Below are positions 1-9,438 of a stretch of DNA of 64,000 nt, one piece after another (within the stretch, counting starts at the first letter, position 1; each line of letters starts with the position of its first letter). The notes beneath the pieces are model-generated. The model made no database searches. It was not told where the DNA came from and worked only from the letters and a program-made list of their open reading frames with translations. Source of the stretch: Candidatus Latescibacterota bacterium (GTDB taxonomy: Bacteria > Latescibacterota > UBA2968 > GCA-2709665); the NCBI GenBank assembly GCA_965208835.1, contig OZ242358.1, forward strand, positions 4,832,001 to 4,896,000, written 5' to 3'. The position numbers were made by a program, and so were the translations under genes.

Positions 1-2
1 CC

Positions 3-443
3 GCCGCACATTTCGGACTCGGGGTTCGCGCGCGCTGCGCGGCCGTCGCGCCCGGAGACCGATATGTGGACCTGATGATTCAGAGACAAATCGTCCATCA
101 TCTTGAAACCGGCAAACCACGCTACACCGCCGCTGAACTCGATCCCGTCCGGTACCGCGCACACGAGGAGAACGCGAGCCACGCGAAACTGCGCTTCCGC
201 CGTGAGCGTTTCATGATTCTGAACCGGCTTGCGGCATCAGGGGACCGGACTTTCCGTGCTGTCGTGCTCCATACCGGCCGCAATGGCGCCCTTGTTGAAC
301 TCGAGGCGTTTCCCATCAAGACCCGGGTCCACGCGCCATGGCCCGTGACCGCGGGCGACACGCTTCAACTTCGCCTGACCGGCGTCGATCGCTGGCGCTG
401 CAACCCCCGTTTTCTTGTTTTGCAGGCATCCCTGGAAACTTGA
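3..443 (+). CDS. RNase II/R (RNB domain) family protein, C-terminal part (5' truncated by window)
   Basis: Frame open from position 3 reads HFGLG...RYVDLMIQRQI, resembling the RNB C-terminal motif, followed by an S1-like tail. Confidence 0.7.
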   Translation, partial: AAHFGLGVRARCAAVAPGDRYVDLMIQRQIVHHLETGKPRYTAAELDPVRYRAHEENASHAKLRFRRERFMILNRLAASGDRTFRAVVLHTGRNGALVELEAFPIKTRVHAPWPVTAGDTLQLRLTGVDRWRCNPRFLVLQASLET

Positions 444-480
444 ACCGGGACGGACAGACGTACCAACGAGGGAGAACCCG

Positions 481-2046
481 ATGAACCATGACTCAGCCTT
501 GATCGCACACTGGAAACTAAATGGCGACTGCCGGGACCATGCCGGCGTCAGCCACGGCGAGAATCACGGCGTGGCCTTTTTACCCGACGGCGCGCGGTTC
601 GACGGCCGCGGCGCCCATATCCTGGTGCCCTCCACCCGGCCGCTGGGCTTCGGTTCGGATGACTTCTCCATATCCGTTCACATACATACCGACGCAATTC
701 TGGACGACATACCGGGAGACATCCTCAGTAAATACGATCCCGACGCGCGCACCGGCGTCAACTTCGGCCTGGCGAACAACGCCGGCGTTACGGCGGCCCA
801 GGCCAACTACCGCCACCTTCATTTCGGGATCGACAGCGGGCATACGGGCGAATGGATCGACTGCGGCCGCCCCGGAAACAACCTGCGCGTCTATTCTCTT
901 TGCGTCTTCGAGGGCGATCTCTACGCCGGGACGTTCGAGACCGGCGCACACGAGTCCGGAGGCGTCTACAGATACGATGGAGACGCGGGATGGATCGACT
1001 GCGGGCACCCGGACAGGTGTAATACCATGGCATCGCTATGCGTGTTCAACGGCACGCTGTACGCGGGTTCGTCCCGCTACAAGGCCGGAGGTTCAGCCCT
1101 CCCGGAATCCGAGAACCAGAACCCGGGCGGCAACATGTTCAGGTACGAGGGCGGCTCCGACTGGACACCCATCGGCCACATGGAAGGCGCCGACTCCTGC
1201 GCCGGAATGGCCGTCTACCGGGGCAACCTCTACGCAATCCCCCTCTACAGCCAGGGCGTTTTCCGCTACGACGGCGGCGAGGTGTGGAGCCACTGCGGCA
1301 CCCCGGGTCGACGCATGATGTCCCTGGGCGTCTTCAACGGACATCTATATGGCGCGGGAAACGAAGGGGAAAGCGCCGGCGGCGTCTTCCAATACGACGG
1401 CGGGACCGGGTGGGCGCACGCCGGCGGTCAGGAGGGCGTGAACCAGGTCTATTCCTTCGCCGCCCACAACGGCAGACTCCACGTGGGCACCTGGCCGGAG
1501 GGCAAGGTCTTCAGGGACGACGGCAATGATCCATGGACGTGCGCCGGACGCCTGGGAGAAGAAATGGAAGTCATGGCGATGGCCGTGTACAACGGCAAGC
1601 TCTACGCCGGCACATTGCCCCTTGGCCAGGTCTACCGGTACGACGGGGGTGACACCTGGACCCTGACCGGCCAGCTCGATACGACCCCGGACGTCAGATA
1701 CCGCCGGGTCTGGTCCATGGCCGTCTACCGGGGAAAACTGTTCGGAGGCACGCTGCCTTCCGGTCGCGTCTACGCGATGGAGGCCGGCGCCAACGTGAGT
1801 CACGATCACGAACTCGCGCCGGGTTGGCGGCATCTCGTGGCGGTCCGCCGGAACAACCGACTCCTCCTGTACGTCGACGGCGAGCAGGTTTCCGCCTCTT
1901 CGACCTTCAATGCATCGGAATTCGATCTTTCAAACGATAAGCCCCTCAAGATCGGCGCCGGAGGCGTCGACACCTTCAACGGGCGGCTCAGGGACCTTCG
2001 ACTCTACCGCCGCGCACTCACCGCGGAGGAGATCGCAAACTCGTAG
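481..2046 (+). CDS. LamG-like jellyroll protein with inserted beta-propeller repeats
   Basis: ATG 481 after GGGAG. N-term AHWKLNG..FDG..FSIS and C-term WRHLVAVR..LYVDG..LKIG..FNGRLRDLRLYRRALT are LamG features. The centre has repeats of the form AVYNGKLYAG..VYRYDGG.W. Confidence 0.75.
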   Translation: MNHDSALIAHWKLNGDCRDHAGVSHGENHGVAFLPDGARFDGRGAHILVPSTRPLGFGSDDFSISVHIHTDAILDDIPGDILSKYDPDARTGVNFGLANNAGVTAAQANYRHLHFGIDSGHTGEWIDCGRPGNNLRVYSLCVFEGDLYAGTFETGAHESGGVYRYDGDAGWIDCGHPDRCNTMASLCVFNGTLYAGSSRYKAGGSALPESENQNPGGNMFRYEGGSDWTPIGHMEGADSCAGMAVYRGNLYAIPLYSQGVFRYDGGEVWSHCGTPGRRMMSLGVFNGHLYGAGNEGESAGGVFQYDGGTGWAHAGGQEGVNQVYSFAAHNGRLHVGTWPEGKVFRDDGNDPWTCAGRLGEEMEVMAMAVYNGKLYAGTLPLGQVYRYDGGDTWTLTGQLDTTPDVRYRRVWSMAVYRGKLFGGTLPSGRVYAMEAGANVSHDHELAPGWRHLVAVRRNNRLLLYVDGEQVSASSTFNASEFDLSNDKPLKIGAGGVDTFNGRLRDLRLYRRALTAEEIANS

Positions 2047-2138
2047 GGCCTGCGATCCAATTCACACATTCGACGATGGCCGGAACCGCTCCGGGGGAGG
2101 CATTGAAGCCGGACGCCGGCGAATTCTGGAGAACAACC

Positions 2139-3320
2139 ATGCTCAGGGCAGGCGCCTCAAAAGTCAACATCACCCCGTTTCTGGGCGGTCCGATGGCCGG
2201 TTATTCGGCACGCGACCGCGGAAGCGAGAGTATCCACGACGAACTTCACGCAAAAGCACTGGTGCTGGATGACGGGAGCACCGGCGTCGCGCTGATTACC
2301 ACCGACCTCATCGGCATCCACCGGGAGCTCGCGGCGCAGGTCCGCGGGCTCGTCGAAGCAAGTGTCGGACTTGGCCCCGACCGGGTGTGGATGACCGGGT
2401 CCCACACCCACTTCGGTCCGGCCGTCAGCCCTGGCGGGACCGAGGACGAACAGGCGGGCCCGCATGACCGGTCGTATGCGGACGTACTGGCGGCGAAGCT
2501 GACAACCGCCGTCAAGCTCGCGCACGACCGGCTTCGCCCCGCCCGCCTCGGCGCGGGCGCCACCCGCGCCGAAGGCATCAGCTACAACCGGCGGCTTATC
2601 CGCCAGGACGGAAAGGTGGAAATGAGTCTCACGCTGCCGCCCCCCTACGAGGGTTTGAAGTTCGGTCCGGTGGATCCGGAGGTGGGCGTGCTTAAAGTGG
2701 AAGGCGAAGCCGACGGCGAATCCATCGCCTCGCTCGTCAACTTTGCCTGTCACCCCGTCTCCAGCACGGACCGCAGGTACGAAATCACCGCCGACTATCC
2801 CGGTTACGCCATGGACCTCATCGAGTCCGTGGAAGGCGGCACCTGTCTGTTCGCCCTGGGCTGTGCGGGCAATATCGTACCCATCCAACGCCAGGGCCGG
2901 TCCAAACGCCAGGTGGGTCTGTCGCTTGGCGGCTGCGCGTTGAACGCGCTTCAGTGGATCCGGACGACCGACCGGGTCCGAATCCGCGCGGCCAGAAGAT
3001 CGATCGAATTGCCGCTGCGCAATCGTCGAGGGCGGGGGCGCAAAACCCGCCCTACGGAAGTCCAGGTGTTCTGGCTCGGCGATATCCCCGTGGTCGGGCT
3101 GCCGGGAGAGGCCTTCGTCGAACTCGGACTTCGTATCAAGAAAGCCCTGGATGCCTCTCCGGTCCTGGTTGTGAGTCTCAGCAACGACAGTGCAGGATAC
3201 ATTCCGGTCCGCCGGGCGTACCGGGAGGGCGGCTATGAATCCCGCGTGTCTCCCTACGCCCCGGGCTGTGGTGAGCTGCTCGTGAAAGAAGCACTGGAAC
3301 TGGCCGAATCGATACGTTAG
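2139..3320 (+). CDS. neutral/alkaline ceramidase-like hydrolase
   Basis: RAGASKVNITP, SHTHFGP, NRR, NFACHP, GCAGN, LPGEAF and GGYE motifs. Confidence 0.8.
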   Translation: MLRAGASKVNITPFLGGPMAGYSARDRGSESIHDELHAKALVLDDGSTGVALITTDLIGIHRELAAQVRGLVEASVGLGPDRVWMTGSHTHFGPAVSPGGTEDEQAGPHDRSYADVLAAKLTTAVKLAHDRLRPARLGAGATRAEGISYNRRLIRQDGKVEMSLTLPPPYEGLKFGPVDPEVGVLKVEGEADGESIASLVNFACHPVSSTDRRYEITADYPGYAMDLIESVEGGTCLFALGCAGNIVPIQRQGRSKRQVGLSLGGCALNALQWIRTTDRVRIRAARRSIELPLRNRRGRGRKTRPTEVQVFWLGDIPVVGLPGEAFVELGLRIKKALDASPVLVVSLSNDSAGYIPVRRAYREGGYESRVSPYAPGCGELLVKEALELAESIR

Positions 3321-3364
3321 AACGAATCGGGTCTGCTTGCTCGGCCCGGGACAAGGCAACGCTT

Positions 3365-4678
3365 ATGTCGATACTTGCGATTCTTCTACTTTTTGCCGTG
3401 GTGCTGCACGTTACAAGATCTCGTGCGTCAGCCGCTGATGTCACACTTGCAGCCGGCGCGGCAAGGACCGACGTCACACCCGATCCGGCGATGGTGAACT
3501 GGGTGGATGACAGACCCTACGACGGCGTTCTGGATCCGCTCGCCCTGCGGGGACTCGTTCTCTCGGACGGCACTACCGAGTTCGGCTTGATTTGCTGGGA
3601 CCTCATCGACGCCACGGAGGAGTGTGTCATCGACGTGCGCCGGGCGGTTCGGGACGCAACGGGCATCCCCGATTCGCATGTCCTCGTGGCCGCATCGCAC
3701 ACCCATTCCTCGCCCCGGTCTCCGTTTGCCCCATCCACGTTTACCGGCCGCAAGAGCGAACGGCTGAGAGCGATCCTGGACGATCCCGTCTTCGAGGCCT
3801 GGAGCCGGCGTCTGCCCGGACAATGCGCGGAGGTGCTGAAGCGCGCCCGCGACCGCCTGCAGCCCGTCACGATGAACATCGGCCGTGCGAATGCCTCGGA
3901 ATGGCTGTTCAACCGGCGGCCGCTGGATCCCGACGGCAACGTCGTTACGATGTTTCGGCCCGGCGATCCGCATTCGCTGCCCGACGGCCTGCGTTTCGGA
4001 TCGCTGGATCCCACCCTGACCGTCCTCTCCCTTCAGAACCCCGGCGGCGCAAACGTCGCAACGCTGTACAGCGTTCCCTGCCATCCCGTTTCCATCTATC
4101 CCTATCACCGCGGCGTCTCGGCGGACTGGCCCGGGCCGGCCAATGAGCGGATTTCGGAAGTCCTGGGAGGCGAGACCTTCTTCCTGCAGGGCTGCGCCGG
4201 AGACATCGTCCCGGCCGTTCGGGGAGAAGAAGCGCGCACGGAAATGGCCCGTTTCTTCGCGGAACGGGCCATCGCGGCGGCTGGGAATTCGCACTGCCTG
4301 CCGTCTTCACCGCTGAAAGTCGCTACCGGAATTGTCGGCTTGCCGCTCGTATCCGAAGCGCGAAACATTGCAGGCGCCGACATCCGGCCGGTCGAGATTC
4401 AGGTGGTCGTCTGCGGACCCTACGGCCTGGCCGTCCTTCCCGGAGAACCCCTCAACGGACTCGCGCGCGAGATTCAGGCGCGCTCACCGCTCCCGCACAC
4501 GCTTGCCATCGGCTATGCCAATGGGCGCGGCGTGAGCTACGTGGGACTTCCCGGAGAAAAAGCCAGGGGCGGATACGAAGCAGGGGCGGGACAGGGTACC
4601 GAAGAAGCCGGCGACTTTATGGTCCGGACCGCCGTTCGGCTTCTGCAGGAAACGGTTGACGGCACTTCAGAGGGTTAA
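3365..4678 (+). CDS. neutral/alkaline ceramidase-like hydrolase with signal peptide
   Basis: Hydrophobic N-terminus; AGAARTDVTP, SHTHSSP, NRR, CHP, QGCAGD, LPGEP and GGYE motifs; paralog of the upstream gene. Confidence 0.8.
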   Translation: MSILAILLLFAVVLHVTRSRASAADVTLAAGAARTDVTPDPAMVNWVDDRPYDGVLDPLALRGLVLSDGTTEFGLICWDLIDATEECVIDVRRAVRDATGIPDSHVLVAASHTHSSPRSPFAPSTFTGRKSERLRAILDDPVFEAWSRRLPGQCAEVLKRARDRLQPVTMNIGRANASEWLFNRRPLDPDGNVVTMFRPGDPHSLPDGLRFGSLDPTLTVLSLQNPGGANVATLYSVPCHPVSIYPYHRGVSADWPGPANERISEVLGGETFFLQGCAGDIVPAVRGEEARTEMARFFAERAIAAAGNSHCLPSSPLKVATGIVGLPLVSEARNIAGADIRPVEIQVVVCGPYGLAVLPGEPLNGLAREIQARSPLPHTLAIGYANGRGVSYVGLPGEKARGGYEAGAGQGTEEAGDFMVRTAVRLLQETVDGTSEG

Positions 4679-5630
4679 ACGACGAATTCCCCGAGATGGC
4701 GTCGATCATCTCCATCGTCTTCACCGCGTCGTCCATACCGCAGGCCGGGAACGGAAGTGCGCCTCCATTCCCGACCCATCTCAAGAACGTGCGATCCTGC
4801 TGATAGAATCCTGGTTTGTAGCGGCGATCAAAGTCATCCCCTTCGACGTTCTCAGGCTGTACATCCCTGCGTTTGATCGTTGCGGACTGCCCAGGAGCGG
4901 ACGTGAAGGTAACCCCGTTGCCGCGCACTTCCACACGGTGCCCTCCCGGAGCGAACCAGTCCATAGAGGCACGCCCGACAGCCCCGCCCGCGAAGGTCAA
5001 CAGCGCCGAACAGCAGTCCGGCATGGGACCTTCCACCGTGTGGTGAATCGGCTGGACGCTCGCCACGTCACCTCCGAAGAATCGCAACAGGTCCAGGGCG
5101 TGGATGCCGTTTGCTACGCTCCAGCGTTTCAGTACCTCTTCCGGAAATTTCGGGTTTACCCGGACCCGCTGGATATCTTCGTGGGCTTCCACGGTGACAC
5201 TTTGAACCGGCCCGGATTCGAGGATCAGCTCCCTGCCCTTGAGAAGCGTGGAATAGAACCGGCGATTTACACCCACCATCGCCGGCGTACCCGCCGCTCG
5301 CGCCAGATCGGCCAGCGCACGGGTCTCGGACGTATAGAGGCCGGGAGGCTTTTCCAGAAAGGTCGGGATACCGGACCGAATGAAGTCTGCCGCGACCGCC
5401 GCGACCTGGAGAACACTCACGAGAACGAAGACGGCGTCGGGCCGATCCCCTTCCAGAAGGCTCTCGTGCGAGTTCAGGCGATTCGCCACGCCGAACCGCG
5501 CTCCAGTCTCTTCCAGAACGCGGAGGTTGGTGTCCACAAGCGTCGTCACACACCCCTCGTGAAGGTCGGTGAGTACTTTCAGGTGCCTCTGGGCAATGTT
5601 TCCGGCTCCGACTACCGCAATGTTCAGCAT
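4617..5630 (-). CDS. Gfo/Idh/MocA family oxidoreductase
   Basis: IAVVGAGNIA Rossmann motif, LEKP, VGVNRRF, GIHALD. Confidence 0.9.
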   Translation of the reverse strand: MLNIAVVGAGNIAQRHLKVLTDLHEGCVTTLVDTNLRVLEETGARFGVANRLNSHESLLEGDRPDAVFVLVSVLQVAAVAADFIRSGIPTFLEKPPGLYTSETRALADLARAAGTPAMVGVNRRFYSTLLKGRELILESGPVQSVTVEAHEDIQRVRVNPKFPEEVLKRWSVANGIHALDLLRFFGGDVASVQPIHHTVEGPMPDCCSALLTFAGGAVGRASMDWFAPGGHRVEVRGNGVTFTSAPGQSATIKRRDVQPENVEGDDFDRRYKPGFYQQDRTFLRWVGNGGALPFPACGMDDAVKTMEMIDAISGNSSFNPLKCRQPFPAEAERRSGP

Positions 5631-5695
5631 CTGGTCCTGTTTCCTGTTAGCATTACCCGCCATAATGTACTATTCGGGCGACCGCCGGTCGCATA

Positions 5696-5912
5696 AAGGC
5701 GGTAAGACGGTAGAGGGTAGAAGAAATGCGGGGAGACGGTAGAGGTGAGATGGTAGAAGAAGCCCTTGCGCGGTATATTCTTCCTCTTTGCCTTTGGCAC
5801 GAGAAGAATCCTCACACGGCAGGCAATCTCTCCCGTCTAACGTCTCCCCTCTCACCAGGTGGTGAGGTGGGGTGTGGTCCTCTCCCCTCTACCGTCTTCC
5901 CTCTCCCCGCTC
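5696..5912 (+). repeat. dispersed palindromic repeat, copy 1 of 7
   Basis: Core GGTAGAAGAAGCCCTTGC..TGCCTTTGGCACGAGAAGAATCCTCAC..GGCAGGCAATCTCTCCC with heptamer-repeat arms; shared with 6 other loci. Confidence 0.9.
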
Positions 5913-6071
5913 TTATTCCTTTTCATCCTCGATCCGATGCTGGCGATCGATGGATTCGAAAAGGGACCGGACGTTGAAAAAGCCGCCGATTCCCACGATA
6001 ACGGCGACCATTGCGAAAATCAGCAATCCGATGAGGAGCACGGCGCCCCAGAAAGGAACCCAGAATGCCAT
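5913..6071 (-). CDS. 52-aa single-pass membrane protein, probable accessory subunit of the SSS symporter
   Basis: Read manually: MAFWVPFWGAVLLIGLLIFAMVAVIVGIGGFFNVRSLFESIDRQHRIEDEKE*. ATG lies 3 nt after the SSS stop, with AGGAG upstream. Confidence 0.8.
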   Translation of the reverse strand: MAFWVPFWGAVLLIGLLIFAMVAVIVGIGGFFNVRSLFESIDRQHRIEDEKE

Positions 6072-6074
6072 GGA

Positions 6075-7622
6075 TCACGTCTCCTTTTCGTCTCGTGAAC
6101 GGTCGGGAAACAGAAGAGAGCCGAGAACCATCAGGACGAGCGCCAGAACGGTCACCCCCAGGCCGATGTGCGCACCGGTGAAGGCGTCCAGACCCAGTGC
6201 CCTTTTCACCGGAGTCAGGCCGGTAACGGCAGCGGCGCCGGCCACAAGGGCGAGGTACGCCCCGGCGGTGCTGGCGCGCTTCCAGTAGAGGCCGGTGAGA
6301 AGCAGGGCGAACGCGCCCGTGAAGTAGATGGCGCCGCTCACGAGCATGTAGTCCCAGAGGTCCTGACCGAGCTCGTACCAGAGCCCCCACACAAGCAGAA
6401 AGGCACCGATGACAAATATAAAGATCCGGGAGAGCGTCAGGCGCGCGCGCGTGGAAAGGGTATCGCCGGTGGCGGGGGCGACCACGTCGTGCGTGAGCAC
6501 AGAGGACCAGCAAAGCAGGTAGCTGTCGTGGGTGGACATGAATGCGGCAAGCAGCCCCGCGCCTATCAGACCAATCAGACCTGCGGGCAGGATCTGGCTG
6601 AGGAAGACGGGCATGGCCATAAGGGTCAGGTCGGCGTTCCCCGTGGGTGCGCCGGCGGCGGAGAAGAAGACCGAACGGGTCACATCGTTCTGGTAGAGAT
6701 AGACAAGGGCGCAGATTCCCAGAAACTGGGGCACCATGAATCGAACGAGGAATCCGATGGCCGACCAGGCGTAGAGTTTTTTCACCACCGAGGTACTCTC
6801 GGCGGCGCATGCTCTCATGACAGCGGTCTGCCACACGGCGCAGGAGACGATCCCGGCAGTGAAGATCATCCAGACGACGTACGACGGTCCGAACCCACCC
6901 CCCGCGTGAAGTGGATCGAACCCGGGCTCGCCGTGAATTGACGCAACCGTATCCACGATCGCCGACCAGCCAAGCCTGTCCACGGCGATACCGCAGGTGA
7001 CGATAACGCCCACGGAAAGCACGATAAACTGGATGTAGTCGGTGAGCACAACCGAGACCATGCCCCCGAGAATGGTATATATCAGAACCAGCAGGAGCAT
7101 CACGGTCATGATCAGGCCGACCGACGTGGGGTTTGTGATACCGGTCAGGCCCGCAACAAAGATCGCGCCCGCTTTGAGGAACAGACCCATATTGAGGATC
7201 CCGGAAAGGGCGAGAAGCAGGCCGCCGAAGATGCGGACGCCCCGGCTGAAGCGCTTTTCGTAGAACTCGGGAATCGTCATCACGCCCAATTCGCGAAGCG
7301 GGACCACGATGAACCCGGTCAGGCCGATGATCAGAGTCACAATGCCTGCGATGAGACCGATGTGAAAGGCGGCGAACCCGCCCGTGAATCCCTTCTGGGC
7401 GGAATACATGACCGTCACGAGCCCCAGTTCGCTGCCGATCATGGTGGCGACGGCGAGATACGGTTTCAACGAACGGCCGGCGACGATATAGTCGCTCATG
7501 TTGCGAATGTAACGGTTGGCGTACAGACCGATCGCAACCGTGCCCAGCATATACAGGCCGACAATCGCCCAATCGATTGCGCCGAAGTTGGAACTGATGC
7601 TGTTCAGGAGATCGGATGACAT
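6075..7622 (-). CDS. sodium:solute symporter (SSS) family transporter
   Basis: About 13 hydrophobic segments; DYIVAGRSL, TIPEFYEKRF, YTILGGMVSVVLTDYIQ, LAAFMSTHDS. Confidence 0.92.
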   Translation of the reverse strand: MSSDLLNSISSNFGAIDWAIVGLYMLGTVAIGLYANRYIRNMSDYIVAGRSLKPYLAVATMIGSELGLVTVMYSAQKGFTGGFAAFHIGLIAGIVTLIIGLTGFIVVPLRELGVMTIPEFYEKRFSRGVRIFGGLLLALSGILNMGLFLKAGAIFVAGLTGITNPTSVGLIMTVMLLLVLIYTILGGMVSVVLTDYIQFIVLSVGVIVTCGIAVDRLGWSAIVDTVASIHGEPGFDPLHAGGGFGPSYVVWMIFTAGIVSCAVWQTAVMRACAAESTSVVKKLYAWSAIGFLVRFMVPQFLGICALVYLYQNDVTRSVFFSAAGAPTGNADLTLMAMPVFLSQILPAGLIGLIGAGLLAAFMSTHDSYLLCWSSVLTHDVVAPATGDTLSTRARLTLSRIFIFVIGAFLLVWGLWYELGQDLWDYMLVSGAIYFTGAFALLLTGLYWKRASTAGAYLALVAGAAAVTGLTPVKRALGLDAFTGAHIGLGVTVLALVLMVLGSLLFPDRSRDEKET

Positions 7623-7682
7623 AGGTGATACCGAGGAAAACCGGAAGCGCGCCCGGCACTTGCCGGGTTCTTTTAAATCAGC

Positions 7683-8300
7683 TTAAGGCCAGGTGGGGCG
7701 TTCCATCGAGAAGGATTCGTTGACGCAGACGTAGTCCAGGTACCCGAGACGCCCCACGGGTCTCAGCGCCACGGTGTCGACGTGGCCATCCTTAATTGCC
7801 CAATCGGCAATGTGGATGCCAACCACATGACCGAAGACAACCGTGTTCGGATCGTCCGGATCGCCCGTGGGCAGTTCCACCGTCCGGGTATGGATACACT
7901 CCAGATGGACCGGGCTTTCCGCCACGCGGGGCGGCTTTACAAGCACCGACGGCGCCTGGGTGACGCCGGCGTATTCGAATTCGTTGACGTGACCCGGGGC
8001 GGGCACGGCAGTGGCGTTCATCTGCGCCCGAAGCTCCCAGGTGGCGAGGTTGACGACGAATTCGCCGGTTTCCTGCGCATTCCTGATCGAATCCTTCAAA
8101 CCGCCATGGCTGTGCGTGGTTGTCGCGGCGAACATGACCTGCGGCGGCACGTAGGCCACCGCGTTGAAGAACGAGTACGGCGCGAGGTTGATCGTACCCT
8201 TTGCGTCCATGGATGAAATCCATCCGATCGGTCGAGGCACGACGATGGCGTTGAATGGATCCCGGGGCAGTCCGTGGCCATCCGACGTCCTGTAAAACAT
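7683..8300 (-). CDS. flavin reductase-like FMN-binding protein (DIM6/NTAB family)
   Basis: PRPIGWIS, NLAPYSFFN, KDSIRNA..GEFVVN, PPRVAESPVHLEC. Confidence 0.9.
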   Translation of the reverse strand: MFYRTSDGHGLPRDPFNAIVVPRPIGWISSMDAKGTINLAPYSFFNAVAYVPPQVMFAATTTHSHGGLKDSIRNAQETGEFVVNLATWELRAQMNATAVPAPGHVNEFEYAGVTQAPSVLVKPPRVAESPVHLECIHTRTVELPTGDPDDPNTVVFGHVVGIHIADWAIKDGHVDTVALRPVGRLGYLDYVCVNESFSMERPTWP

Positions 8301-8350
8301 GTTTGCGGCCTCCCTTTCCGGATGTCAAGCCGCTTTCTTTGCAGCAGGTA

Positions 8351-9352
8351 CTACTTCCACTTGAACACAACGCCCAGCGCATCTGTCGGATCGTCGGCGA
8401 GCATGGTGTAGATCTCCTGGCACTGTTCCGGATCCGCGACGTGGGTGATAAGGTCTTCTACCGGCAATTTGCCCTCGCCCATCAGGCGCATCACCAGCCT
8501 GCGGTCCCGTTCCTTCGCCCATCGGTAGTAAATGTGGTCGGCCTCCGGCGTCTTGGGCTGGTGGGCGCCCAGGATGCTGACTTCCCGCAGATGCACGTCG
8601 GCCAGAAAATCCATGTCGACGGTGCCGCGCGGGGAGCCCAGCGCAACCACACGGCCTGCCGTACACGCGAGCCGGACGGCGGTGGGATACACGGCGGGTT
8701 TGCCGGTCGCTTCGATGACGACGTTGACGCCGTCTTCCACGCAGTATTGTCCGACCGCGTCCCTGACGTCGTCCACGTCACCGGGATTGATACAGACGCC
8801 GGCGCCGCGGCTGCGGGCAATATCCAGGCGAAAAACGTCCAGATCCATGGCGATAACGGGAAGGGCGCCGGAGAGCCGCGCGAGGGTTGCCGCGAACTGA
8901 CCGACAATTCCCAGGCCGATGACGAGGACAACCTCGCCCAGTTCAATGCGCGCCACGCGGACTCCGTGGATGGCGATAGCGCCCATGACCATAAAGGCGG
9001 CGGCCCTGGACGACACGGAATCCGGGACCTTCACGTAGAAGGCCCTCCCGCCGTAGAGAATGCAATGGCTGGCGTGGTTACCCTGGCCGGCGACGCGGTC
9101 GCCCGGGCGGATGCCTTCAACGTCTTTGCCGACTTCCAGCACGGTGCCGACGTTGCAATACCCGGTGGCGCGGGGAAACCTTACGGGATTCCCGGGTTCT
9201 CCGCCGTGGGTCCATCCGTGGATCTCGGTGCCCACGCTGACGGCGGTGTACTCGTTTTCGAGAAGAATGCCGTCATCCGGCAAGGGCCCCGTTTCGAACG
9301 GTGCGACCTCCATCCGTCGAATACCGGGAATCAGGAGACGACTCGCTTTCAT
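8351..9352 (-). CDS. zinc-binding (MDR) alcohol dehydrogenase family protein
   Basis: SVGTE, GYCNVGTV, VLVIGLGIVGQ, VIEATG. ATG 9352 follows an AAGGA RBS; the longer ORF upstream is probably spurious. Confidence 0.88.
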   Translation of the reverse strand: MKASRLLIPGIRRMEVAPFETGPLPDDGILLENEYTAVSVGTEIHGWTHGGEPGNPVRFPRATGYCNVGTVLEVGKDVEGIRPGDRVAGQGNHASHCILYGGRAFYVKVPDSVSSRAAAFMVMGAIAIHGVRVARIELGEVVLVIGLGIVGQFAATLARLSGALPVIAMDLDVFRLDIARSRGAGVCINPGDVDDVRDAVGQYCVEDGVNVVIEATGKPAVYPTAVRLACTAGRVVALGSPRGTVDMDFLADVHLREVSILGAHQPKTPEADHIYYRWAKERDRRLVMRLMGEGKLPVEDLITHVADPEQCQEIYTMLADDPTDALGVVFKWK

Positions 9353-9438
9353 CTGTATGTCCTTTCGGGTGCTTGAAGACCGGCAGGTACCCGTATCAGC
9401 AGCGGATGCAGGTACCAGCCAGGGGCCGGGCGCGGTCT

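Noticed and set aside
4617-4678. 62-bp overlap of convergent 3' ends
   Set aside because: The overlapping tail carries no family motif; such overlaps are common in GC-rich genomes and there is no evidence of function
5670-5855. Similar peptides (GRDCLP.EDS..) in minus-strand ORFs at several repeat copies
   Set aside because: Translation of the shared DNA repeat; starts and stops are inconsistent, and the substitutions preserve base pairing rather than codons
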